64,000 bases of DNA from a virus, in the IMG/VR virus record IMGVR_UViG_3300032288_003288. One strand, given 5' to 3'. A program made the translations under genes and the position numbers. Below are positions 55,812 to 64,000 of the stretch, one piece after another (the first letter of the stretch is position 1; each line of letters starts with the position of its first letter). Below the pieces are notes generated by a model, which saw only the letters and a list, made by a program, of their open reading frames with translations, was not told the DNA's origin and searched no databases.

Positions 55812-56014
55812 AATCTGTCTTCCTTAATCATCCTACCCAAGTCACGTTGCAGTGTGGTGAAGAATCCATTCTTACCCACAGCAGACACGCGAATCTTTTC
55901 TAGATCTTCTAGGTTGTCGCATCGCTCGATGAGGTGACCATAGACGTCTCTAATCACATCGATCTGATCGACAAGTTGTTTAGGTGTCATGCTGCAATCC
56001 TGCTCTTTAACCAC
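55808..56014 (-). CDS. Small protein resembling the PheRS-alpha N-terminal coiled coil
   Basis: LEDLEKIRVSAVGKNGFFT. Confidence 0.55.
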   Translation of the reverse strand: MVKEQDCSMTPKQLVDQIDVIRDVYGHLIERCDNLEDLEKIRVSAVGKNGFFTTLQRDLGRMIKEDRL

Positions 56015-56268
56015 TTAGTATAATCTTCTGCGAAGTTTGGGCTTCGCATCCACTTATATGTGGCATAGTTGCATGGGCCTTCTGCCCACGATCTCCAACT
56101 ATAATGCCTGCGCTTACCTCGACCCCAAAGAATGAAACCGTACTTAGTTATCTCAAGTCTATATTTGTGTACACCCTTTCCACAAGGTGACACAAACACG
56201 TATGGGTGAAACAATCCTCGGGCCTTGAAGCGTATATAATGGTAAGCATATTTAAGGCGCATAATCAC
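55987..56268 (-). CDS. Hypothetical protein
   Basis: Coupled ORF. Confidence 0.5.
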   Translation of the reverse strand: MIMRLKYAYHYIRFKARGLFHPYVFVSPCGKGVHKYRLEITKYGFILWGRGKRRHYSWRSWAEGPCNYATYKWMRSPNFAEDYTKWLKSRIAA

Positions 56269-57980
56269 GCTGCAATCCTACTGAAGTTAGAGTGCTTCTC
56301 GAACTTGATCACGGAGTGGAACTTGTCATAGAGCTGATCGCCCTTATGAGAGATGATAAAGACGTTGGAGTCTGCAGTCAACCCTTCGAGGATCTTCAGA
56401 AACTCTTCAGTGCCACCGCCGTCGAGCGATGAGTCCATGACCTCGTCCATGATCAGAAGGTTGGTACTGGCCGAGTTGCGTAGCTTAGCAATGGCTCTCC
56501 ACGTAAACATGAGGGCCAAGTCAATACGCATCTTTTCACCTTCAGAGAAGGATGCATAGCTAAACTCGTCTCTGAACCTGGACTTGATAGACTCTTCAAA
56601 CTTCTCGTTGAGCTCAAACTGAACGAAGAAGTCGAGAGCCGCCAGATACTTATTCACCAGTTTGTTGATGATAGGCACATACTGACGAATGATCTTGGTC
56701 TTGATGCCAGTATCCTTGAGTAGCACTGCAGCAACATCCAGCACCTCACGATGCTGTAGTAGCTTTTCTTTCTTGTCGTTCTCGTTCTTCAGGCTCTTCT
56801 TTAACTTCTCGATCTCTGTGTCGTTGACAGTGATCTGATTGGTATTGTTACGAATGCTTTCGATCTCCAACTCCAACGTAGAGATACTCGACCGCCATGA
56901 ACGGATGTCTGAGTTGTATTCTGCACACTTAGTGTTCATGTTGATGATCTTGGAATTGATATTAGAAATCTCATTGATCCGAGCGTCCAATGTCTGAATC
57001 TCTACTTCGATCTTCTTGAGCGCAACATCTACTTCAGCTGCCTTAGTCTTACGATTCTCTACACGCTCATCTTTAAAATGAGCATCTATGCCTTGCTTGC
57101 AAGTTGGGCAATTGTCATTATCATGAAAGAAATTGATTTCTTTCTTCAGCTTCTTGGCCATGGTCTCAAGTTCAGACTCCATATTCAAAAGTTTATGACG
57201 ACGCATAGTGACTTTGGAATGGTCTGAGATTGTATCAGAAAGCTCTTTGATTTGTGCAGTCAACTCAGCGAGCGAGGCCTCTGCGCCATGGATACGATCG
57301 TTTAGTTCAGCGATCATCTCTTGTTTGGCTCGAATCAGCTCGTCGTTGTTGGCGATAAGAGAGTCGACGTGCTTTTCCTGCATCTCTATCTCCTTCTCAA
57401 GAAGAGCGATGCGATGATCGTTCTCGTTGATGTCTGCCTTGTTCGAGTTGACCTTGTCCTTGAGCAGGCTGTTCATGATCGAGAAGATCTGAATGTCCAA
57501 TAGATCTTCTACAACAGGCCGACGTTCCCATGCCTTGAGCTGCATGAACGGAGTATAGTTGGCAGAACCAAGAACGACCACTTGGCCAAAAGACTTGTGA
57601 TTCATCTTCAAGATGTTCTTCTCGAGCATCTCTTGATACTCAGACATCGATGCAGACTGATTGACAAGCTGGCCATTGATGTACACTTCAAAGACGTTAG
57701 GCTTCATGCCTCGCTTGATCATGTATTCTTTGTTGCCTACGCTGAACTCAATCTCGACAACCATGTTCTTTCCAGTCATGGTATTGATCAGCTGCGGCTT
57801 GTTGATGTCGCGGAACGGTTTGCCATACAGTACAAACGACAGCGCGTCAAGGATCGTAGACTTGCCAGCCCCGTTTTCCCCGACGATGAGTGTAGACTTA
57901 GACCTATTGAGATCGATCTCAGTAAACTGGTTACCCGTCGACAGCATGTTCTGCCAACGGAGTTTCTTAAATACAATCAT
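56265..57980 (-). CDS. 46: Recombination endonuclease ATPase gp46 (Rad50-like)
   Basis: GENGAGKST, CPTC hook, FSEGEK, MDEV, ISH. Confidence 0.97.
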   Translation of the reverse strand: MIVFKKLRWQNMLSTGNQFTEIDLNRSKSTLIVGENGAGKSTILDALSFVLYGKPFRDINKPQLINTMTGKNMVVEIEFSVGNKEYMIKRGMKPNVFEVYINGQLVNQSASMSEYQEMLEKNILKMNHKSFGQVVVLGSANYTPFMQLKAWERRPVVEDLLDIQIFSIMNSLLKDKVNSNKADINENDHRIALLEKEIEMQEKHVDSLIANNDELIRAKQEMIAELNDRIHGAEASLAELTAQIKELSDTISDHSKVTMRRHKLLNMESELETMAKKLKKEINFFHDNDNCPTCKQGIDAHFKDERVENRKTKAAEVDVALKKIEVEIQTLDARINEISNINSKIINMNTKCAEYNSDIRSWRSSISTLELEIESIRNNTNQITVNDTEIEKLKKSLKNENDKKEKLLQHREVLDVAAVLLKDTGIKTKIIRQYVPIINKLVNKYLAALDFFVQFELNEKFEESIKSRFRDEFSYASFSEGEKMRIDLALMFTWRAIAKLRNSASTNLLIMDEVMDSSLDGGGTEEFLKILEGLTADSNVFIISHKGDQLYDKFHSVIKFEKHSNFSRIAA

Positions 57981-58211
57981 TTACTTCCCATCATCCCAAT
58001 AAAGCTTCATGGTGTCATAACGAGCTTGTAGATAACCTTCGCGATAAGCTGCCTTCAGCCACTCAAGAATACGATCGGGCCGGCCTCCACTAGTAAGGTG
58101 ATCTAATTCGTCATAAAAACGTTCGCCTCGAAGAGCAAAGCCTTCAATCTCATTGAACCAATCACTAAACTTGGCTTCTATCTGCTTGTCCGGATCTTGA
58201 CTCATAATCAC
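57981..58211 (-). CDS. Conserved hypothetical protein
   Basis: WFNEIEGFALRGERF. Confidence 0.7.
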   Translation of the reverse strand: MIMSQDPDKQIEAKFSDWFNEIEGFALRGERFYDELDHLTSGGRPDRILEWLKAAYREGYLQARYDTMKLYWDDGK

Positions 58212-59272
58212 TCCACCATCAAAGCTTCATTGTACAACGAAGTGAGGAAGTTGTTAATGCTTTTCTTGTCTACTTTAGACTCGATCTGATCTACGACCTT
58301 ATTGAGGATTGTCAGAGTATCCTCAGCGTCGTTGGCAATATTAGTGTCGTCTTCCAGCTGCAGGTTCAGGTTATCTTCTACCACCTGCAAATCAACAACA
58401 CCAAGCTTCTCGATGGCATCGATGAACATGTCGAACCAATAAGGATTGTTCTTGGTGTGGACGATGACCTTGACAAACGTGCCAGTCAGGTTCTCAGTCA
58501 CTGCTGCCATGACAGTATCAAGGTCGTTGCTGCTGTCGTCGTAGTGGACCTTGTTGAACATGGTGATAGGATTCTCGATGAACGTCAGTTCGCGAGTATC
58601 TGTATCAAAGATGTGGAACCCCTTTGGATCGTTCCAGTCCGACCACGTGATCTCGTATGGAGTACCGAGATAGTGGATGTTGCCGCGAGACGACCGATGG
58701 TGGAAATGACCAGAGCAGACCACGTCAAACTTGTTGAAGATCGATGAGTCAAAGCCATGATCATTGACCGAGCCACGATACATCTCAAAGCCCGCGATCT
58801 CAAGGTGACCAAGAAGGATCTGAGCGTCAGTGTCCTTCAGAAACTGCATACTCTCATCGTAATTGCCCGAGCATACCCAAGGTAGTATAGCGATCTTAGT
58901 GCCATCAAAGTCCACTTCAGTAGGACCTTCGTACCATTTCAGACCGCTGTAGATAGTATGATCGTACAGCTCACGCATACAGTTGACGTCGTTAGTGTTC
59001 TTGTATGTGGTGTCGTGGTTGCCGATGATCACATGGATGTTGATGTTCTCTGCAGAACACTTGTCCATGAACTTGCGCAAGTTGCGAGCAGTCATGAAGT
59101 TGATGTACTTGCGCCTATCACAGATGTCACCGAGGTGCACGATAGTGTCGATGTCGTTCTCCTCGAGATAAGGAAAGAACTGCTCGTAGTAGAACCTATT
59201 GAAGTACTCAGCAAATGCAATGCTGTCACCTCGTGCACCCCAGTGGGTGTCTGTGATAAATGCTATCTTCAT
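58208..59272 (-). CDS. 47: Recombination endonuclease gp47 (Mre11-like)
   Basis: DTHWG, GD..D, GNHD, GHFH. Confidence 0.96.
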   Translation of the reverse strand: MKIAFITDTHWGARGDSIAFAEYFNRFYYEQFFPYLEENDIDTIVHLGDICDRRKYINFMTARNLRKFMDKCSAENINIHVIIGNHDTTYKNTNDVNCMRELYDHTIYSGLKWYEGPTEVDFDGTKIAILPWVCSGNYDESMQFLKDTDAQILLGHLEIAGFEMYRGSVNDHGFDSSIFNKFDVVCSGHFHHRSSRGNIHYLGTPYEITWSDWNDPKGFHIFDTDTRELTFIENPITMFNKVHYDDSSNDLDTVMAAVTENLTGTFVKVIVHTKNNPYWFDMFIDAIEKLGVVDLQVVEDNLNLQLEDDTNIANDAEDTLTILNKVVDQIESKVDKKSINNFLTSLYNEALMVE

Positions 59273-59436
59273 ACTCGGACTTTTTTACCTTTGCGTTCGT
59301 ACTCTTTAAGAGCCTTGTCACAGTAGTCACGAATGTTCAACATCGTCTGATAGTAGTTAAATTGAATAGACGGAGTTTCACCACGCATCATGTTTTCTTT
59401 ATACTGTTCGATCAGCGGAGGGATATTGTTCTTCAT
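59269..59436 (-). CDS. 55-aa hypothetical protein (not in ORF track)
   Basis: MKNNIPPLIEQYKENM...; SD GAGG; ATGA overlap with gp47. Confidence 0.6.
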   Translation of the reverse strand: MKNNIPPLIEQYKENMMRGETPSIQFNYYQTMLNIRDYCDKALKEYERKGKKVRV

Positions 59437-59448
59437 TTTTATGTTCCT

Positions 59449-60015
59449 CTACGTCTCATCGCTTTCATCGATGATCTTTTCTAATACTGTCTTTGGCTTC
59501 TCTCTCTTCTGTTTCATGGCGGTCTCGAATCTCTCGATGACGTCGTTAGATCTATCAGTACCGCTGTTTGTCAAGAAAGATTGAAAGTGAGATACATCAT
59601 CAGGCGCCATGCCAACTAGTTCGTTCATGATCGCCGCATTATGCATACTCTTGTGCTTTATATATTGCTGTTTCTGTTCTTTTTGAATTCTGCGAACAAA
59701 TGCAAAGTATATGATCTGAGTAAAGTATGCAAACGGATTGTTAGATTTTTCTGGATTAAAGTTATGCAGATACATCAAACAATTCTCGATGCCGTCTCCG
59801 ATCATCTCTTCTCTGTACGAATATCCTATGAAATTGGGACGCAGAGATAATTTGTTGGCGATTAGATAGATCGCTGTGCCAATTGAGTCAGGGATTCGAG
59901 GCAGAGGCAAGTCCTTTGCCTTGGCGTCGTTTAGCTCGTTTAGATAGTGTATCATGTCTCCGTACAATTTCTTGTTGTCGACGTAGTGTACACCTTTACC
60001 TCTGGTTGATTTCAT
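59449..60015 (-). CDS. 55: Late sigma factor gp55
   Basis: HYVDNK, EMIGDGIENC, NPFAYFTQI. Confidence 0.96.
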   Translation of the reverse strand: MKSTRGKGVHYVDNKKLYGDMIHYLNELNDAKAKDLPLPRIPDSIGTAIYLIANKLSLRPNFIGYSYREEMIGDGIENCLMYLHNFNPEKSNNPFAYFTQIIYFAFVRRIQKEQKQQYIKHKSMHNAAIMNELVGMAPDDVSHFQSFLTNSGTDRSNDVIERFETAMKQKREKPKTVLEKIIDESDET

Positions 60016-60022
60016 GTGGTTC

Positions 60023-60367
60023 TCAGTTTATGCTATGTGGTTTCATATTTTTTAGAAAATCTACTACGGCAGATTCGGCGTCTGATATCTTGTTCTTGAC
60101 AAAACTAGACTTATAGTTGTCTATCAGTTCTTTAGTAACCTTAGTAGTATAAGTTATAACATGATTTTCATTGATTGTAAACGTTTTTTCTTCAGAATAC
60201 ATCATAAAAGGAAACAAACGGGCCGTGACTCGATTACTTTCCATGCCCCAATAGATCTGTTTGGGCTCAGTGATAACAATTTTACCGTCGATCATACCAA
60301 TTGAGGAGTCAACTGACTCCCCGATGATCTCTTCGCCAGTAATTAACTTGATTAAAACATGTGTCAT
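60023..60367 (-). CDS. Sm-like conserved T4-like protein
   Basis: IKLITGEEIIG. Confidence 0.7.
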   Translation of the reverse strand: MTHVLIKLITGEEIIGESVDSSIGMIDGKIVITEPKQIYWGMESNRVTARLFPFMMYSEEKTFTINENHVITYTTKVTKELIDNYKSSFVKNKISDAESAVVDFLKNMKPHSIN

Positions 60368-61866
60368 TGTAACCTCACGTTGTGTATCTCGAACTCAAAC
60401 TTTTCAGCATCATAGATCTGACAACGCTCTAAGAAATGTCTGAGTGTAAAGTTTTGTTTACCTTTGTAGGAAAGATCATCTACGACGTCGTACAGCACAG
60501 CCTCTTCTTTGTCTTTGTGCATGCGTAACATACGACCGATAGACTGAAGCACCTTGATCTTTGACTTAGACGGGCTTGCAGCTATCATGTGGTGTAACTT
60601 ATTTATGCTGACACCAGTAGACGTAGTACCCAACGAAGCGATCAGCGTGGCGTTGTGTTCTTCCTCGATAGCTTTACGAATGTCTTCGCGCGAAGTTCCA
60701 TCTACGCTGCCGTCGATATAGAACACGTTGTGCTGGCTGGCTCCAGTAATAAGATCATACATCTTCTTGCCGTGATCGATGATTCTAAAGAAAAGCAATT
60801 TGTTACCCTTCAAAGACAACGTCAACTTCTTCAGAAACTCGTTGCGGGCTTCATAGTCTACGAGGAAATCGATCTCCTCTTGATAAGTCTTGTACTTTTT
60901 CTTTGTAGATCCAATGATGGGGATGCCGCGATGAAACTCTTTGCACACCTCTTCAGGATACTTGAGGACGATGCACTTGATCTTGAGCTTCGAGACGTGG
61001 CCGCTCTCCATCAAGTCTTTTGTTGTGACCGATTTATAGCGAGGTCCGAAGAGCCCTTCGATCGTCGTCTCGTTGAGCGGGTCTCCATCGAGGGTGCCTG
61101 TAGTACCGAACCGATATTTGCATCCTTCGAGGCTAGATAAGATTTGTATGAGACTCGTTGCCTTTGCGCCGTGAGCTTCATCTCCAAACACGCACCCGAA
61201 TTGGGAGTACCAGGACTTGTGCATCTTGGTTTTTCCGTTGTTGAGCGACTGCCATGTCGTGATAACCGCTGCAGCGGGTATATCATCGCCACGATCGATA
61301 CCATTAGTACTGAGGCTGACATTATCGACATATCCATAATCCCTAAAATCGCTTTCCATCTGGTTGACCAGCCCAATAGTCGGGACGATGATCAGACACT
61401 TATGGCCAAACTGTTGATACCATCTCATGATGACATAGATCATGAAAGACTTGCCTGAGGAAGTAGGACTAATTAGTGTCCTTCTGCCTGAGGTTATGCA
61501 CTTGACGATCGAATCGACCTGATAGTCACGGCTCTCAAACTTTTCAGGGATATTGAGAGTCTTGATAAAGTCTTTGACTTGGTCTGCAGTGATGTCTGTG
61601 TACTGTAACTCTTTGTCAAAGCTAAACGTGTATCCTCGAGTGTCGCAGAATCTTTTGATCCTCTTTGCCAGACCAGCGTATACGTAGCCAGACATACCAT
61701 TGACTAGTCGAATCTTGCCGTCCCACACTCGAGCTTTATACTTTGGATTGAAGCGATAGTTAGGCGCCATGAAGGTCAGAGCTTCTGACAACTCCATGAT
61801 AGTAGAAGCGTCTGCCTCCACCTTGACGTGTACTGCGTTGATGTATTTGAGATGGACGTCAGTCAA
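60364..61866 (-). CDS. uvsW: RNA-DNA/DNA helicase UvsW
   Basis: RDYQ, PTSSGKS, DEAH, QSIGR. Confidence 0.96.
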   Translation of the reverse strand: MTDVHLKYINAVHVKVEADASTIMELSEALTFMAPNYRFNPKYKARVWDGKIRLVNGMSGYVYAGLAKRIKRFCDTRGYTFSFDKELQYTDITADQVKDFIKTLNIPEKFESRDYQVDSIVKCITSGRRTLISPTSSGKSFMIYVIMRWYQQFGHKCLIIVPTIGLVNQMESDFRDYGYVDNVSLSTNGIDRGDDIPAAAVITTWQSLNNGKTKMHKSWYSQFGCVFGDEAHGAKATSLIQILSSLEGCKYRFGTTGTLDGDPLNETTIEGLFGPRYKSVTTKDLMESGHVSKLKIKCIVLKYPEEVCKEFHRGIPIIGSTKKKYKTYQEEIDFLVDYEARNEFLKKLTLSLKGNKLLFFRIIDHGKKMYDLITGASQHNVFYIDGSVDGTSREDIRKAIEEEHNATLIASLGTTSTGVSINKLHHMIAASPSKSKIKVLQSIGRMLRMHKDKEEAVLYDVVDDLSYKGKQNFTLRHFLERCQIYDAEKFEFEIHNVRLQ

Positions 61867-62301
61867 TTATGCACCTACTTTGAAACGCTCCCACTCGATC
61901 GCTGCCTTGACATTGAAACTTCTCTGGGCAATGGTCTTGAGTATGGAAGATAGGAGATCTACCTTCTCGCTCTGCATACCGATCTTCAGAGAAAGTTCGA
62001 TGATGTCTTTGTCTGCTTCGATGTAAGTGGGAATGTCGGACTTAAGAGGCCGTCCTACCGCTGGAAGTTCCCAGCCAGCATCACGCGTCTCTTCGGTCGG
62101 ACCTAGAAGAAAGAACTCATGTTTTGCCAGACGCAGCTGCTTCATCTCGGATTCATACTTCCGAAGGACGAGCCGTTCGTTGACAAAGATACGATAGTAC
62201 TTGTTATGTAGTTGGGAAATGTTGAGAGCTGCGTCGCCTAGCTCTGCCTTGTTGACCTTACTGTCTTGTTCCCACAACGAAAAAATATCATCAAGCTTCA
62301 T
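61867..62301 (-). CDS. uvsY: Recombination mediator UvsY
   Basis: LHNKY, YIEAD, RSFNVKAAIEW..F; synteny. Confidence 0.9.
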   Translation of the reverse strand: MKLDDIFSLWEQDSKVNKAELGDAALNISQLHNKYYRIFVNERLVLRKYESEMKQLRLAKHEFFLLGPTEETRDAGWELPAVGRPLKSDIPTYIEADKDIIELSLKIGMQSEKVDLLSSILKTIAQRSFNVKAAIEWERFKVGA

Positions 62302-62320
62302 AATAACTCCATATTATAAT

Positions 62321-62836
62321 TTATACGACTACGATTTCAGGCCTCAAGAATCTAAAGGTTACAGTGGCAGTCACGTAGTCTACGTCGCTCAGCGTGGCGT
62401 CCATTGTCATCTCGCTGAGATCGATAGGGAACGCGTCATAGAACTTGTATCTGACGTTTGGCTTCATCGCACTATTCAGTATACTAACAGTCACGTCAGA
62501 TTTAAACCCATAATCCGCTTCACCGTAAGATTTATTTGCCAGAGCTTTAGCTCCGTCAAAATTAACAGCTGCCCCGATATCTGTAATCCAGTTAAAGATC
62601 TCGAGATAGTTGGTCAAATCTTCGGCAACCTTAAAGGTGACAGTTAAGTCACCATATGACATGCTAGTAGGATGAGAGATAGGTGTAAAGGGAGTAAGCT
62701 GTGTACCGAAGGCCAGATTAACCCCTGGAATAGACACAGATTGAACAAAGTACTCCGTATTAGGAGTCCTCTTCATAGACATTCTGAAGCCAAATGGGCT
62801 TAGAAAGTTCTTATTGGGCGGTTGATATGCAGACAT
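62321..62836 (-). CDS. 3: Tail completion/sheath stabilizer gp3
   Basis: NFLSP.GF, YFVQSVSIPG, EDLTNYLEIFNW, DAFP. Confidence 0.88.
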   Translation of the reverse strand: MSAYQPPNKNFLSPFGFRMSMKRTPNTEYFVQSVSIPGVNLAFGTQLTPFTPISHPTSMSYGDLTVTFKVAEDLTNYLEIFNWITDIGAAVNFDGAKALANKSYGEADYGFKSDVTVSILNSAMKPNVRYKFYDAFPIDLSEMTMDATLSDVDYVTATVTFRFLRPEIVVV

Positions 62837-62886
62837 TATATTAGGCTCTTAATAGCTATTATACCATAACCTATTTATATGTACAT

Positions 62887-62920
62887 GAAAAAAGAGGGAG
62901 GATCTTTCGATCCCCCCTCC
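62887..62920 (-). terminator. Intrinsic terminator of the capsid/endonuclease transcript
   Basis: gagggaggatc-tttc-gatcccccctc with an A-run on the plus strand. Confidence 0.75.
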
Positions 62921-62958
62921 TAGTCCTAATACTAAGTCCGATTAACTCGGATCTGGTT

Positions 62959-63531
62959 CTAATCTATATATGCTTTTTTGAGCTTCCATGTTTGTTTTAA
63001 TGATTCTGAAGTTTTTTTCTTGGCTTCAGAGCTTCTAGATGTTCCCAATTTAGCTTCTCGTAATTTTTGTCTATGTTCGTCTGAAAAGCCTCCACGAGCA
63101 ATTAGCGCTTTCTTTTTAGCTTCGCTGATATTGCGACGGCGTTCTTCAGACATTGGCCCATTCTTTACGCCCTTTTTAGCTTCAGATATTTTTTGCCCGA
63201 TAGTTTTGACATGCTTATCATATTGATGCCACAGATTACCAACATGTGTATTAAGATTATAATATCTAGGTTTGGCATTAAGTGGTTTTATTTCTTCCTT
63301 CTTAATCATGTTAAGCCATCGCTGTTCTTCAATATACATGTCTGGTCTATGTCGAATATTCGTTTTCAATATTCTTCTCTTAAAATCTTTCATTCTATTT
63401 TTATAAGCCTTCTTCATCCATGAAGAGCTACAAATATACCCATCATTTTCATTTCCCCAGTGGCAGCCTATATAATATCTCTTGTGTTTGCGATCATACC
63501 AGAGATATACAAATCCATATTTTTCTTGCAT
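62959..63531 (-). mobile_element. Free-standing GIY-YIG homing endonuclease (Seg-like, NUMOD3 repeats)
   Basis: GFVY...YYIG.H, YYNL, MSEERRRNISEAKK / SDEHRQKLREAK; AT-rich. Confidence 0.85.
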
Positions 63532-63533
63532 AA

Positions 63534-63568
63534 AAATACTCCCAGAGTTTCCCCTGGGAGTATTTATT
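63534..63568 (-). promoter_or_regulatory. SD-sequestering hairpin overlapped by a late-type promoter
   Basis: 12-bp stem AAATACTCCCAG/CTGGGAGTATTT covers GGGAG; AATAAATA at 63561-63568. Confidence 0.8.
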
Positions 63569-63592
63569 AAATTCGAACTTTAAAAGTTCAAA

Positions 63593-64000
63593 TCACATCA
63601 GGTTGTTAACCAGAACGCGACGATAGTAGACGTTCGAGTCCTGCTCAAGGACAGCATTGGCATCAGCCGCTGTGGTACCCTTGGCGAACGGATTCGGCGC
63701 CATGCCGTAGCGTGTCTTGAAACCGATCTTCGGCTGGAAGGTGTTCTGATCAACCGCGCGAACCATCTGAAGCGGAACGTACGGGCAATAGAACAGGCCA
63801 GCGTCGTACGGATTCGAACCCTTGTAACCGACAACCATGTAGTTTGTCAGAGCATAAGGATCGATGTATACGCGCATACGACCATTGAGAACGCCGGCGA
63901 ACGTGTTGCCAGTGTCATCGATGTTCAGGTTGTTGCTGTTAAGAGCCGGAGCGTAGTCAAGAACACCAGCCATCTGAAGAGCCGAAGCAACGTCCGACGA
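63593..64000 (-). CDS. 23: Major capsid protein gp23 (C-terminal part)
   Basis: YIDPY, GYKG...DAGLFYCPYVPL, FQPKIGFKTRYG, NVYYRR. Confidence 0.97.
   Translation of the reverse strand, partial: SSDVASALQMAGVLDYAPALNSNNLNIDDTGNTFAGVLNGRMRVYIDPYALTNYMVVGYKGSNPYDAGLFYCPYVPLQMVRAVDQNTFQPKIGFKTRYGMAPNPFAKGTTAADANAVLEQDSNVYYRRVLVNNLM

Noticed and set aside
62959-63531. Group I intron-encoded endonuclease
   Set aside because: gp23 ends intact before it and gp3 starts intact after it; there is no split gene or intron core, so it is free-standing.

Overview
This 64 kb window is part of a large T4-like (myovirus) lytic phage genome. Nearly all genes lie on the minus strand. The host is probably an alphaproteobacterium, possibly Sphingomonadales, inferred from a GapR homolog and an Omp25-like beta-barrel protein. 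From right to left the window holds: the major capsid gp23 C-terminus, a free-standing GIY-YIG endonuclease, gp3, uvsY, uvsW, gp55, gp47, gp46, peptide deformylase and a gp56-like dNTP pyrophosphatase. Next is a DNA base-hypermodification cluster (gp42-like TS, two amino-acid:DNA-transferase-like proteins, PLP enzyme, glycosyltransferase, methyltransferase, epimerase), then gp45, gp44, gp62 and regA. These are followed by early-promoter cassettes of small ORFs, 15 tRNAs, a curli-like module (CsgF, CsgG, curlin-like, FecR, CHASE2 cyclase), an ncRNA array and stress genes (Prx, Hsp20, Dps). A plus-strand holin-endolysin pair, gp43, uvsX and gp41 come next, and the left end has a block of probable internal head proteins. 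The most unusual observations are: (1) a 347-nt tRNA-like RNA whose acceptor stem and T-arm enclose a complete 85-aa ORF with its own SD; (2) a >600-aa ORF absent from the ORF track, built of basic modules joined by repeated EEVEQIDE linkers that resemble prohead-protease sites; (3) a dCMP-type hydroxymethylase clustered with enzymes known from thymidine hypermodification, suggesting a new cytosine modification; (4) several structured ncRNAs. All family assignments come from motif recognition by eye; no database searches were run.
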